DNA of 64,000 bases from Clostridia bacterium. GTDB lineage: Bacteria; Bacillota; Clostridia; TANB77; CAG-508. How positions within the stretch are numbered: the first letter of the stretch is position 1; the number at the start of each line of letters is the position of its first letter. Positions 29,505 through 40,782 of this stretch are shown here, piece by piece. A model generated the notes under the pieces. That model did not search any database and was not told the DNA's origin. It was given only the letters and a program-made list of their open reading frames with translations. The stretch is from positions 18,609-82,608 of the forward strand of contig JAFROW010000002.1 of assembly GCA_017429505.1 (NCBI GenBank), written 5' to 3'. The translations under genes and the position numbers were made by a program.

Positions 29505-31205
29505 TTATATCTCTTCCACAATCAATTTATCTTTTATAGCTACTATACTATAACTTCTTAACTTTGGAATCATCTTTATTTCTTCAGTTGATTTATATTT
29601 TTGAAGTTGCTTTCTTGCTTCTGCTTGTTTTTCTTTTAACAATTCTTCTGTATATTTTTCTTTTTTAATATATTTAAATTCTATCAAAATTCCATATCTT
29701 TCAGTTAATTTTTCTTTTGGAATCATTAAAATGTCTGAATATTCTCCACCAACTTCAAGTTCAGATTTTACTAGCATTGTTCCAAGAGTTTTGGCAATTG
29801 AATAGAATAATACTTTTATATATTTTTCATCGAAATTCTGGTAGTCCCTATTAGATAAATTCGTTAAATATGTTCCTAAAACTCCCAATATTTTTGTTAT
29901 ATTTCCTGTTTCTAATATTTCAAAATTTATTGCTTCTGTGTCTATTTTTTCTTCATTTATTTCTGCTCTTTTACTTATATATGTTAAGAAATAATCTGAA
30001 TATATTTTTCTAATCACGTCATTTGGTGCTTTAAATTTACATTTACTAAAACCAATATTTGCTATAGTCAAGTATCCTAAATAAAATAATAAAGATATTA
30101 ATTCTTTCTCACCAAAGCTAATTTCACTATTAAATTTTTCTGTTATTTCGCTTTCAACATATTCTCCTGCAACTATTTTTTGTAATAAATCTATTTTTCC
30201 TATATCATTACATAAATTCATGAAACCTTCTATTTTTCTGTAATCACTTATTATATTTGTATCTATTAATGTTTTTGGTATTTTTTCAAATTGATTATAT
30301 CGACTCAAAAAGTATAAAGTCATATTTGAATTATATATTTTGTAAGAAGTAAGGTCATCATCTATTAAGTCTGAAAATACATATCCATCATAATTTTCTT
30401 TAATTACAGGTAGTAACTCTTTTTGTTTTTCTTTTGGAATTTGCAATTCGTCCATTAGATAAACAACATCTTTTTCGCAAAATCCTAGCATATCATTAAA
30501 TTCCAAGTCTTTTGTTATATCTCTTGCAATGTTAAATCCACTTGTTGTGCTATCTAATGTAATTGGTGCAACACCTGTAATAAAAATCCTTTCAACTACA
30601 GTCTCTGTTCCTTTTTTTAATATTTCATACCACTTTCTTACTTTACCATTTTTAGATACTAAATTTTTAAACTTTTCTGTTTCGAATCCTAATAATTCAT
30701 TCGCAAAATGGTCATATTCATCTATAATAACATATATTTTTTCTCCTGCTTTTTGAATATAAAAAGCTTTAAATAGATTATCTAAAATATATTCTGCCTC
30801 ATCATTTATATTTACATAAAAGTCTAGTCCATATTTTTTTACAAATACATCTACTGATGAAGCAACCTCTCTTTTGAATCCCTCTATAGTTTCCGCTTCT
30901 GTAATTGTTGATATTCCTGAAAAATTAAATCTTAAAATATGATATTTATTTTTGTTTGCTGTTGGATTTTTTCCTATATCTGTATTTCCAAATAATTTTT
31001 CAAATTTATCTGCTTTTAAAATATCATAGTAATTTTCCAAAACACTTGTAAACAATGTTTTCCCAAATTTTCTTGGGCGTAAAAACATTATTCTTTTGTC
31101 TTCTAAATTTTCTAATTTTTTTATATACATTGTTTTATCTACATATAAGCAATTATCTTCTACTAATTCTTCATAATTACTTATTCCATTTGGTAGTTTT
31201 CTCAT
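29505..31205 (-). CDS. Predicted AAA-ATPase family protein with a C-terminal PD-(D/E)xK-like domain.
   Basis: The N-terminal pattern YVDKT.YI..L......FL.RPRRFGKTL is characteristic of this widespread family. Confidence 0.7.
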   Translation of the reverse strand: MRKLPNGISNYEELVEDNCLYVDKTMYIKKLENLEDKRIMFLRPRKFGKTLFTSVLENYYDILKADKFEKLFGNTDIGKNPTANKNKYHILRFNFSGISTITEAETIEGFKREVASSVDVFVKKYGLDFYVNINDEAEYILDNLFKAFYIQKAGEKIYVIIDEYDHFANELLGFETEKFKNLVSKNGKVRKWYEILKKGTETVVERIFITGVAPITLDSTTSGFNIARDITKDLEFNDMLGFCEKDVVYLMDELQIPKEKQKELLPVIKENYDGYVFSDLIDDDLTSYKIYNSNMTLYFLSRYNQFEKIPKTLIDTNIISDYRKIEGFMNLCNDIGKIDLLQKIVAGEYVESEITEKFNSEISFGEKELISLLFYLGYLTIANIGFSKCKFKAPNDVIRKIYSDYFLTYISKRAEINEEKIDTEAINFEILETGNITKILGVLGTYLTNLSNRDYQNFDEKYIKVLFYSIAKTLGTMLVKSELEVGGEYSDILMIPKEKLTERYGILIEFKYIKKEKYTEELLKEKQAEARKQLQKYKSTEEIKMIPKLRSYSIVAIKDKLIVEEI

Positions 31206-31518
31206 AACTTTGTACCTCCAAATTCTTATGTAATTATTGTACTACACGCATAAAAAAAATGCAAGACTTACTCTTTCATTTTTTGAGAGTTCACATGCTA
31301 TACTTGACAAGGTCTCCATTTCTATGCACAGAAAAAATAGATTGTGCTTTTTTAAATTTACACAATCTACTATATCAAAGATTTTCTATATTTTCAATAT
31401 ATTTTCACTCTTCAACATTCCTTCCATTGCTGCTTCACAGCAATTTAGTACAAATATAAAAATAATTAAATGGAATCTTATAATTATTAATAAAACTCCA
31501 TTTATATTATCAATTACT

Positions 31519-32611
31519 TTAATCTACTTTATTAATATTGTCGCTATCATAAATGTATTCTCCATTATAATAAACACGAGGGGATGTTAATTTATATCTC
31601 TGACCATTATATTCAATATAAAAATAATATATATTACTATTATTAGCATCTGCTTCATTTCCAATATATGTTATATTAGATGCAATATCTTCATCAAAAA
31701 ATTCATCAGAGCGAAACAAATTATTTTCTGAATCATATAAGGTATAAAAATCTACATTTTGGAAACACATTGCTAAAATTTCAATGTCAGTCGCTATGGT
31801 TATTTTTTCTTCTAATACTTCTTGTGCCCAATCATTAGAATAATTCAATGAATAAAAATTAAATTTGTAATATTGATTATTATATTTAGTAGTAAGCCAA
31901 AAATCTACATTTTCATTTTCAATCTTGATACCACTAACTTCATACATATCTTCTATATTAGTAAGTATATCAATTAGTTGTAAATCAATATCAGAAGCTA
32001 ATTTAACTTTTGTCCTATCTACGGATGTTCCATTATATATAAACTTATAAATTATATTTTTATATTTTATATAAGGAGAACTGCCATAATTCATTTCCAC
32101 CCACTCTATACTAGAACTTGCATCGGTTATAGGTTCTATATTGTCTAAGAACCCATTTTCACCATATACAGCATCACCTTTTGCAAAGAATTTATTTAAT
32201 TTTATAAGATCTTCATTTACTTGTCCATCTGCAATTCTTGTTACTGTTCCATTATCTACTGTATAATTATGTTTTGTATCAGAAAAATTTACATTTAAAG
32301 TATCATTACCATTGGGAGATACGGTGGTTTTTCCACTTCCTACAGAGCTATTTAATTCTGTTTGCAAATCAGTTTCATCCACTTCACTTCCAAGTTTTTT
32401 TACTGCTGCAGATATATATGCTAATTCCACTTGTTCCTTCTCCTGTCCTACTACAGTATTATCTTTTGCATCTCCTGCTCTTTTAAGTAATCCGATTGTC
32501 TCCACTTAACATTGAAATACTAATTCCTGCTAAAATGAGCAACACGATTATTGTAATAACTAAAGCTATCAAAGTTATACCTTTAATTTGATTTTCTTTT
32601 ATTTTTTTCAT
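31519..32611 (-). pseudogene. Pilin-like gene interrupted by a frameshift. The N-terminal 42 codons (MKKIKENQIKGITLIALVITIIVLLILAGISISMLSGDNRIT*) are in one frame and the remaining 328 codons (from GTG at 32505) in another.
   Basis: The two reading frames overlap around 32483..32505. A single-base indel near ggagacaatcgg would fuse them into one ~370-aa pilin-like protein. The N-terminus closely resembles that of 7048..7572. Confidence 0.5.
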
Positions 32612-32741
32612 TTAAATCTCCCTTTCTTTTTACTTGAAAGACCTTAATTCTGTATCTTTCTTTCAAGTATTTTTATTAAAATTTTTAACTTGTCTTATTT
32701 TCAAGTTCAAATTTATTTTTTATTAATATAATCCATTAAAA

Positions 32742-32780
32742 ATTGCACTGTCTATTTGTGCACCACAAATAGACAGTGCA
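32742..32780 (-). terminator. Perfect 18-bp inverted repeat (ttgcactgtctatttgtg cac cacaaatagacagtgcaa), followed on the minus strand by TTTTT.
   Basis: Read directly. It lies between a tiny (GT)7-containing ORF and the pilin-like gene. Confidence 0.55.
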
Positions 32781-33087
32781 ATTTCAACTTGTGTCTAAAT
32801 AGCCACAAGACATAGTTACTCTGCCTTTTATATTTAATTTTATGATTTTTAAATTGTACGTGTGTGTGTGTGTACAGCCTCAGCGCATACAAGTTCTTTG
32901 TTTAAGTATCTCATATTATTTTCTCCTTGTTTGTTTTTTCTTTGCATTTTTCTTTTAAAATTATATTATATTTTTATGAATTTTTTGTCAAGGAATTTTC
33001 TGATTTTTTTCAAATTTCAAAAAATAATTAGTTTTAATTGAAAAATCCCCTCAAATCTGTTAAAATAGTTACTATGGAGGAAAAAAT

Positions 33088-35562
33088 ATGATAGAACTAC
33101 TTTCACCTGTTGGTGATTTTGAATGTTTAAAAGCTGCTGTGCAGAATGGTGCAAGTGCTGTATATTTTGGAAGCAATCTTTTTAGTGCAAGAGCTTTTGC
33201 ACAAAATTTTGATAAAGAAGAATTAGAACAAGCTATAAACTATGCAAAAATTAGAGGTGTAAAAACTCATTTAACATTAAATACATTAATAAAAGATGAA
33301 GAATTTGAAGAAGCTTTTAATGTTGCAAAAACTGCTTATGAATTCGGAATTGATGCTATAATTGTGCAAGATATAGGACTTGCTTTAAGTTTAATAAAAT
33401 CTTTCTCTGATTTAGAAATTCATGCAAGCACTCAAATGACTACATCAAATTTAGAAGGTGCAAAAAAGTTGGAACAGCTTGGCTTTAAAAGAGTTGTCCT
33501 TTCAAGAGAATGCTCTATTTCTGAAATTGAACATATTTGTAAAAATACGAGTATTGATATAGAAGTTTTTGCTCATGGCGCACTTTGTATTTCTTATTCA
33601 GGTCAATGCCTATTTTCTAGTATGGTTGGTGGTCGTTCAGGAAATAGAGGCAAATGTGCTCAGCCTTGCAGATTGCCGTATTCTTTGCTTGCGCTGGATA
33701 CACAAATTTTAGACAAAGGCTATTTGCTTAGTCCTCGTGATTTGTGTAGTTTAGAGAATTTGCCAAAACTAATTAAAGCTGGAGTTGCTTCACTTAAAAT
33801 TGAAGGAAGAATGAAATCACCTACTTATGTTGCAACTGTTACAAGAATTTATAGAAAATATATAGATTTAGCATATAAATATTTAAATAACGAAATTTCA
33901 AAATATGAAATTGATCCAAAAGATAAACATGACTTAATGCAAGTTTTTAATCGTGGAGAGTTTTCTGCAGGTCATTTATCAGATGAACCAAATAAAAAGC
34001 TTATTTATCCACAAAAACCAAACAATATGGGGATATTTTTAGGTGAAATTATAAAATTTAATCCAAATAAAGGACTAGTTACTGCAAAACTTGAAAACAA
34101 CCTTTCAATAGGAGATGGAATTTCTTTTGAAAATGAAAACACAAAATACACTATCTCTGAATTGATGAATAAAAATGTAAATATTAAATCTGCCGAAAAA
34201 GGTATGACCATTACATTTGGACGAATGAAAGGAAATATTAAACCAAAAGATAAAATTTATAAACTAACAGACAAAGGGCTTTCTACAGAAGCTTTAAATA
34301 GCTATAGCAAAGAGGCTATTAAAACATATTTATCATGTAAATTAAAAATTCATTCTAACCAAAAAATCTCAGCTCAAATAAAAAGTTTAAATTATAGTTT
34401 AGAAGAATTTTTTGAATATGACTATATACCTGAAGTAGCTCAAAATGCACCTATTACAAAAGAGAAAATAATTGCACAATTTAATAAAACATTAAATACA
34501 TGTTTTGAATTTTCCGAAATTGATATAGATATGAACGAAAACTTATTTATACCTACTTCTGTTTTAAATGATATAAGAAGAACTGCAATTAATTTAATAG
34601 AAGAGAAAATATTGCAAAATTTTAAAAGAAAAGCAAGTTGTAATTTTGATTTTTCATCAAAAAGTGCAGTTTTTGAAATACATTCTAATGAAGAAATACA
34701 GCAAAATAGCAGTTATAAAAACTATTCATCAACAAAGTTACAGCAAAATCAAAACTTTGAAAATGTAGTTTCAAAAAAATCTACTCCTAAAAAAGCACTT
34801 CTTCTTAATATTTTAAACACAAATTATGACTATTCGAAATTAAAACATTTCGACAAAATATATATACATTTAAAATATTTTACAGATAAAAAATATGAAA
34901 AAATTATACAAATTTTGGAGCAAAAATCTAAACTATATATTTATATGCCTGTTGTTGTTAAAGATAGATTTCTTGCTAAAATAGAATCAATGGTAAATAA
35001 AGCTATAAGTAATTTCAAAATATCAGGAGCTGTAGTATCCGAAATGTCTTCAATTGACATATTTAAAAACAAAATCAAAATTGAAGATGAATTTATAGCC
35101 AAAGGACAAGGGCAAACCATAGACGAAAACATAGATAAAGGTTTTGAATTGATTTCAAATTATAATTTTAACGTTTTCAATTCATATAATGCTTTAGAGG
35201 TTGAAAAACTAGGATTTTCAAGTGTAACACTTTCACCTGAACTTACTGCTGATGAACTTTCTGAAATTAAGTTAAAAAATAAAGAAGTAATTGTTTATGG
35301 TAAAATCCCTCTTATGACAATGAGCTATTGCTTACTTGGAAAATCTAATAGATGTTATAAAGATTGCAAACACTTATGTTTAGAAGATAAAAACTTCTTT
35401 ATAAGTGATAGATATAATTTTAAATTTAGAGTTGTTCCTGATAATATTCAAACTCTTACAACAATATATAATTCAAGGAACTTAGCAATTACTCATGTTA
35501 ATGTTGATTGTATTAGGTTTGATATTTTAGATGAGACAATTGAAGAAATAAATAAACTTTAA
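33088..35562 (+). CDS. U32-family peptidase (collagenase-like) with a long C-terminal extension.
   Basis: The conserved U32 N-terminal region (ELLSP.G....L.AA...GA.AVY.G) and a Cys-rich motif. Confidence 0.85.
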   Translation: MIELLSPVGDFECLKAAVQNGASAVYFGSNLFSARAFAQNFDKEELEQAINYAKIRGVKTHLTLNTLIKDEEFEEAFNVAKTAYEFGIDAIIVQDIGLALSLIKSFSDLEIHASTQMTTSNLEGAKKLEQLGFKRVVLSRECSISEIEHICKNTSIDIEVFAHGALCISYSGQCLFSSMVGGRSGNRGKCAQPCRLPYSLLALDTQILDKGYLLSPRDLCSLENLPKLIKAGVASLKIEGRMKSPTYVATVTRIYRKYIDLAYKYLNNEISKYEIDPKDKHDLMQVFNRGEFSAGHLSDEPNKKLIYPQKPNNMGIFLGEIIKFNPNKGLVTAKLENNLSIGDGISFENENTKYTISELMNKNVNIKSAEKGMTITFGRMKGNIKPKDKIYKLTDKGLSTEALNSYSKEAIKTYLSCKLKIHSNQKISAQIKSLNYSLEEFFEYDYIPEVAQNAPITKEKIIAQFNKTLNTCFEFSEIDIDMNENLFIPTSVLNDIRRTAINLIEEKILQNFKRKASCNFDFSSKSAVFEIHSNEEIQQNSSYKNYSSTKLQQNQNFENVVSKKSTPKKALLLNILNTNYDYSKLKHFDKIYIHLKYFTDKKYEKIIQILEQKSKLYIYMPVVVKDRFLAKIESMVNKAISNFKISGAVVSEMSSIDIFKNKIKIEDEFIAKGQGQTIDENIDKGFELISNYNFNVFNSYNALEVEKLGFSSVTLSPELTADELSEIKLKNKEVIVYGKIPLMTMSYCLLGKSNRCYKDCKHLCLEDKNFFISDRYNFKFRVVPDNIQTLTTIYNSRNLAITHVNVDCIRFDILDETIEEINKL

Positions 35563-35633
35563 AAAACTGAGCTCTTTATTTTGAGCCCAGTTTTTTATTT
35601 TTCAATTTAAAATTTTTCAATATATTCTAAATA

Positions 35634-36224
35634 TTATTCAGTTTTATTATCTTCTTCTATGTTCTCTTTAACTGCTTCTTCTACTTCTTCTGCCACATCT
35701 TCTTTTACTTCCTCTGTAGAATTTTCATGCTCCTCCTTGTTGCTTTCTTGAGATGCATTTTCTGCTTCATTATAATTTTCATCAGAATTTTCAGGGCTAA
35801 CTTCATCTTCTCCGCCCATAACTTCTACTTCATGTACTTCTTCTGCGGGTTGCTCTGTTCCGCATTCTGGACAGAATTTTGTACTTCTTTCTATTTTGTT
35901 TTTACAATTTTCGCATTGCTTCATATTTGCAAGTTCCAATATTTGTTTTTCATATTCTTCAATTTGATTTGTATATTCAGAAATTTTTGATAATTGTTCT
36001 TCAATCTCTTCCTTAACTTCTAATTTTCCATCTAATGCAAATTTTTGATATACAATTTTTCCAATATCTAAATACAAATCTTTAATTTTAGATTTACAAT
36101 CATTTATTTTAAATTTTATTTTTGTCTCACTTGCTATTTTATTTGTTATTTCAGCTGCACTATTAAATGTATCTGATGCTTTCTTTCCTAATTTTTCAAA
36201 AAATTCCATTTTCTTTTCCTCCAT
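35634..36224 (-). CDS. Zinc-ribbon domain protein with a helical N-terminal region and an acidic tail.
   Basis: CENCKNKI...CPECG zinc ribbon. Confidence 0.5.
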   Translation of the reverse strand: MEEKKMEFFEKLGKKASDTFNSAAEITNKIASETKIKFKINDCKSKIKDLYLDIGKIVYQKFALDGKLEVKEEIEEQLSKISEYTNQIEEYEKQILELANMKQCENCKNKIERSTKFCPECGTEQPAEEVHEVEVMGGEDEVSPENSDENYNEAENASQESNKEEHENSTEEVKEDVAEEVEEAVKENIEEDNKTE

Positions 36225-36258
36225 TATATATTATACAAAAATTCTTAAAAATTATGCA

Positions 36259-37251
36259 TTAATCTTCCATTTTTTTATCTCTTGTCATTAAAAGTCTTAC
36301 TGCTTCTTCAGGATCTAATCCATTGTACAAAATATCATAAACTGCATCAACTATTGGCATTGAAACATTTAGTTTCTCACTTAAAGTTTTTGCAACTTCA
36401 ATATTATCTATACTTTCTATTGTCATTCCAACCTCTTGCTTTGTTTCATCTATTGATTTACCTTGTCCTATTAATTTACCTGCTCTTCTATTCCTACTAT
36501 GCTCACTTAAACATGTTACAATTAAATCACCTAATCCGCTAAGTCCGTATAATGTATTACTTTCAGCACCAAGTTTTGTTCCAAGTCTTCTTATTTCTGT
36601 AAGTCCTCTTGTAATTAGTGCTGCAAAAGTGTTGTCTCCATATCCTAAGCCTGCTGCAACACCAGCACAAAAAGCTATAATATTTTTTAAAGCTCCTCCA
36701 AGTTCAACACCTTTTATATCTTCAGAGGTATAAACTCTCATTTTTTCATTCATAAAAGTATCTTGCACAAGTTTTCTTACTTCTTCATCTTTTGAAGCAG
36801 AAACCAATACTGTAGGAACAGCAATCGATACTTCTTCTGCATGACTTGGACCAGATAATGCTCCTACTTTTGCATTAGGCATTTCTTGCTTTATAACTTC
36901 ATCCAAAGTAAGTGCTGTATCTTTTTCAATTCCTTTTGAACAAACTATTATTGGTTGTTTTTCGCAATCAACAAATTCTTTATATTGTTTTACAATATTT
37001 CTTGTAAATTTTGATGGTGTAACATGAAGTATAAAATCTGCACCTTCTATTACTTCTTTAAAATCATTTCTACAAATTATATTATTTGGTATAACTGCCA
37101 TTGGTAAAAATTTACACTTTTTTTCTTCATTTATAAGTCTTGCCTCTTCTGCATCAAATGACCAAATTCTTACGTCATGTCCCATACTTGCTAAGTGAAT
37201 AGATAAAGCTACTCCCCAGCTTCCACTTCCTATAACTGCTATTGTTTTCAT
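36259..37251 (-). CDS. gpsA: NAD(P)H-dependent glycerol-3-phosphate dehydrogenase.
   Basis: GSGSWG N-terminal Rossmann motif and the overall family pattern. Confidence 0.9.
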   Translation of the reverse strand: MKTIAVIGSGSWGVALSIHLASMGHDVRIWSFDAEEARLINEEKKCKFLPMAVIPNNIICRNDFKEVIEGADFILHVTPSKFTRNIVKQYKEFVDCEKQPIIVCSKGIEKDTALTLDEVIKQEMPNAKVGALSGPSHAEEVSIAVPTVLVSASKDEEVRKLVQDTFMNEKMRVYTSEDIKGVELGGALKNIIAFCAGVAAGLGYGDNTFAALITRGLTEIRRLGTKLGAESNTLYGLSGLGDLIVTCLSEHSRNRRAGKLIGQGKSIDETKQEVGMTIESIDNIEVAKTLSEKLNVSMPIVDAVYDILYNGLDPEEAVRLLMTRDKKMED

Positions 37252-37449
37252 TTTATTAAAATCCCCTTTCTATGTCATTATTATAATTCATATTTTTTAT
37301 TTATAGTTAATATATAAATTATTTGAAGTTAATTGTGGGGACCGTTCAATGATTTCCAAAAGTTTATTAAACTTTTGTTGAAATCATTAGAATGGGGATA
37401 ACGTAAAATAATTTATATATTAACTAATAAAATTTAAATAATAATGCAT

Positions 37450-38082
37450 CTACTTTTTAAAACTTATTTTGTTTTCCGTTCCATTCATAATTCTCTTTAT
37501 GTTTTCTCTGTGGTTAAAAATGACAAAAGCTGCTAATAATAAGCTAAAAATAAAGTACTTTATACCTACTTGAGCAACTATAAAATTGTCTCCAATAAAT
37601 AATGTTAAAATCGGAAATAAAACTGCCGCACTCATAGATCCAACTGAAACCATTCTTGTAATTGCAATCAAAACTACTGCAAATACTAAACAAATAAGTG
37701 CTATTTTCCAATTTGTAATTAAAAGAACTCCTAATGCTGTTGCAATTCCCTTTCCACCTCTAAATTCAAAAAATATTGGGAAAGTGTGTCCTACAACAAC
37801 AAGTATTCCTGCAATTTGAACTAATAATGCTCTATCAGCTGTTCGAGACATATTTCCTATCAAAAAAGCAAATAATACTGCAACAACACCTTTTAGAATA
37901 TCGCAAATAAGAGTAATAATTGCTGCTTTTATTCCCACTGCTCTTAATACATTTGTTGTTCCAGCATTTCCACTGCCTTTTTCTCTAACATCAAATCCTG
38001 CCATTTTTCTACTTATAAGTACTGAAAAATTCACGCTTCCTAATGCATATGCTAATATTGCTACTATTATGTATGTTGCCAT
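37450..38082 (-). CDS. plsY: Glycerol-3-phosphate acyltransferase PlsY.
   Basis: GSGNAGTTN and FKGGKG motifs. The internal Met (MATYII...) is taken as the start. Confidence 0.9.
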   Translation of the reverse strand: MATYIIVAILAYALGSVNFSVLISRKMAGFDVREKGSGNAGTTNVLRAVGIKAAIITLICDILKGVVAVLFAFLIGNMSRTADRALLVQIAGILVVVGHTFPIFFEFRGGKGIATALGVLLITNWKIALICLVFAVVLIAITRMVSVGSMSAAVLFPILTLFIGDNFIVAQVGIKYFIFSLLLAAFVIFNHRENIKRIMNGTENKISFKK

Positions 38083-38298
38083 AATCATCCCTCCTCTTTC
38101 AATATATAGCAATTATATTATAAAAACAAATAATTATCAATAGATTTTTAACTTTTTTTCCAAAAAGACTTGTTTTTTTTGGTATTTTGTAGGATAATAT
38201 ATGTAGACAAAATTTTCGAACACTCATTTCAAGATAAGAATATTTGTCTTTTTATGTATTCAAAAATCTGACAATATATTCTATATAATCTAGAGAGG

Positions 38299-40683
38299 AT
38301 GAATTTAATTATGATGAAAATATTAGACGCTTTTTTAAAAAAACTAAATGTGAATCGTAATACCTTTTTAACATATATTTTCACATTGCTCACTATATAT
38401 GTCGCGGTAGACAGAATAGTTGAAATGATGATAATGATATTTACAGGTATTGGAGTTAATTATTGGAATCCAATTTTATATACATTAGCTTTAGCATGTC
38501 CTGTATTTGCGTATTCATTTGCAGGTAGCTCGTCTTATGCAGATACAAGAGCCTCTAAAGTTACAATGTTTTACATATTTGCAATTGGCTTTTATGTAAT
38601 TGCTTTATCATTGTTTACACAATATTTAAATGCTGGTGCATGGTTACTTTTCATGTCTTCTAAAAATTTTGTACCAATAGTAACAAACTTCTCAGAACTA
38701 ATAAGACCTGCATTTAGAGCAATATCATTATATTTACCACTTACAACTGTTTATCCATTTATAAAATCAATTTTACTTAATGTTGATGATACTCAAAATA
38801 TGGTTAAATCACTTTGGGACTTTAGTGGAATTAATTTATCAGACAAAAAAGCTAAACATGGACCTTATGCATGTGATGTAACTGTATTTAAAGATTTCGA
38901 TACTGGTAAAAAAATGAAACTTGTAGAAGAAAGAAGATTCCAATCAACACTTGTTTGTGGTGGTTCAGGAACAGGAAAAACTTCAATGATTTTCGAGCCA
39001 ATTATTGCACAAGATATTGAGAAAAAACATTTCTTTACAGAGGCTTCAAAAGAACTAGGATTTACAGCTTTAAAAACAGGAATAGCAAGTTTAAGTGCAC
39101 CATATAGTGATGAATATTTAAATAAAAACTTTAATTTAAATATGCTTACACCATCATTTGGAAAAGACGCATTATTTAATACATTTGTTAAAAAGATGGT
39201 AATTGCTACATCACCACATAATATTTACAAAAATATTGGTCTTACATATATGTCACCTGATTACGAAACACTAGATCAAATGATGAGAGTTTGTGATAAT
39301 TACAACGTAGGATATACATTAATTGACCCTTCACAACCAGAAAAATCTGTTGGTTTAAACCCATTTATATATGAAGATCCTACAAGAATTGCAATTATTA
39401 TATCTTCTACTTTACAAGGAATTTCTTCAGATGAAGCATCTGAAATGAAAGATTTATACAAAGAAGAAACTACATTACAAATTTTGGAAAACCTTGCAAT
39501 TTTGCTTAAAGTTATATATCCAAAAATGCATGATGGTCTACTTCCAAATATGGAAGATTTATTATCACTTCTATCTAATTTTGAATTAGTAGAAAAAATG
39601 TGCAAAATATTAGAAAAAGATGAAGAACTTGTTCAAAACTATTCTATGGAGCTTTCATATTTTAAAAGAGCATTTTTTGCAAATAGTCCTGCTTTGGAAG
39701 ATACAAAAAAAGATGCTTTCCAAGTTGCAAGTAGACTAGAAAATCTACTTAGAGCTCCTAAAATAAGAAATATTTTATGTAACAGACATGAAAATGTTAA
39801 TTTTGATGATGTTCTTAAAAATGGTGAATTTCTATTTATATGTACAAGACGTGGAGATTCAGGGAAAATTGGACATAAAGCATTTGGACTGTTCTTCCTA
39901 CTATCAATGCAAAATGCTGTACTATCAAGACCTGGAAATGAAAAATCTAGAATACCACATTTCTTATACATAGATGAATTCCCAGACTTTATTACAAAAG
40001 ATACAGAAACAATGTTTACAATGTATAGAAAGTATCGCGTTGCAACAACAATTTCTGCACAAAGTATATCTCAATTCGCATTACCTGATGATAAAAATAA
40101 TTACAATAGTATAGTACTTGCAAATTGTGGGAACAAAATATATACTGGTGGTTCTACTCCTTATGAAGAACTTGAATGGTGGTCTAATGAAATTGGTAAA
40201 TGGAAACAATGGAAAATAGAACAAGATTTTGATGGCAAGACTGTCAAAATGAGTTCTACATTTAAGAGTCCAAAAAAATCATATGAAATCAAAATGGCTT
40301 GGAACAGATTGCAAGCACTAGGTCAAAAAGATTGTGGATACAAAATTTTAAATGATAGTGGAAAAATTTATAATGGACAAGGTGTAATGAGCTATGTATC
40401 TTCTAAATATAAAGAAAAACATTCAGGAAAAAAATATAAGTTCTCTAACTACACTTCAGGCACTTCTTCAGGAGATGTAGATGATAATTCAAATGAAAGT
40501 AGTGGAAATAGCATAAGTAGTAAAATTGGCTCATCTAAAAAAACAAAGTCTAATCGTTCATATACAACAATAAATAGTAAGGGTTATATAGAAGTAGACC
40601 CAATTCAAACTGTTGAAACAAAGTATTCTTTTGATAAAGAAGATGGAGCAATAGTAATTGATTTAAAAAATGATAAGAAATAA
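38299..40683 (+). CDS. Membrane-anchored P-loop NTPase resembling a TraG/TraD/VirD4-type IV coupling protein, with a Ser/Asn-rich C-terminal tail.
   Basis: Four N-terminal TM segments, Walker A VCGGSGTGKTS, Walker B-like FLYIDEFPDF, and a distal TTISAQSISQF...ANCGNKIYTGG block that resembles the conserved Q/N motifs of coupling proteins. A terminator follows at 40690..40720. Confidence 0.5.
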   Translation: MNLIMMKILDAFLKKLNVNRNTFLTYIFTLLTIYVAVDRIVEMMIMIFTGIGVNYWNPILYTLALACPVFAYSFAGSSSYADTRASKVTMFYIFAIGFYVIALSLFTQYLNAGAWLLFMSSKNFVPIVTNFSELIRPAFRAISLYLPLTTVYPFIKSILLNVDDTQNMVKSLWDFSGINLSDKKAKHGPYACDVTVFKDFDTGKKMKLVEERRFQSTLVCGGSGTGKTSMIFEPIIAQDIEKKHFFTEASKELGFTALKTGIASLSAPYSDEYLNKNFNLNMLTPSFGKDALFNTFVKKMVIATSPHNIYKNIGLTYMSPDYETLDQMMRVCDNYNVGYTLIDPSQPEKSVGLNPFIYEDPTRIAIIISSTLQGISSDEASEMKDLYKEETTLQILENLAILLKVIYPKMHDGLLPNMEDLLSLLSNFELVEKMCKILEKDEELVQNYSMELSYFKRAFFANSPALEDTKKDAFQVASRLENLLRAPKIRNILCNRHENVNFDDVLKNGEFLFICTRRGDSGKIGHKAFGLFFLLSMQNAVLSRPGNEKSRIPHFLYIDEFPDFITKDTETMFTMYRKYRVATTISAQSISQFALPDDKNNYNSIVLANCGNKIYTGGSTPYEELEWWSNEIGKWKQWKIEQDFDGKTVKMSSTFKSPKKSYEIKMAWNRLQALGQKDCGYKILNDSGKIYNGQGVMSYVSSKYKEKHSGKKYKFSNYTSGTSSGDVDDNSNESSGNSISSKIGSSKKTKSNRSYTTINSKGYIEVDPIQTVETKYSFDKEDGAIVIDLKNDKK

Positions 40684-40782
40684 GATAAAAAACTCAGTTT
40701 AAATAACTGAGTTTTTTAGTCATTTTTTTTATGTAAAAATAATGTATTAGAAAAAAAAAGAACCCCTTACGGAGTTCATTTA

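Noticed and set aside
38299-40683. Interpreting the locus as a complete integrative conjugative element.
   Set aside because: Only the coupling-protein-like gene is present. There is no integrase, relaxase, VirB4 or other transfer gene, and no obvious flanking direct repeats.
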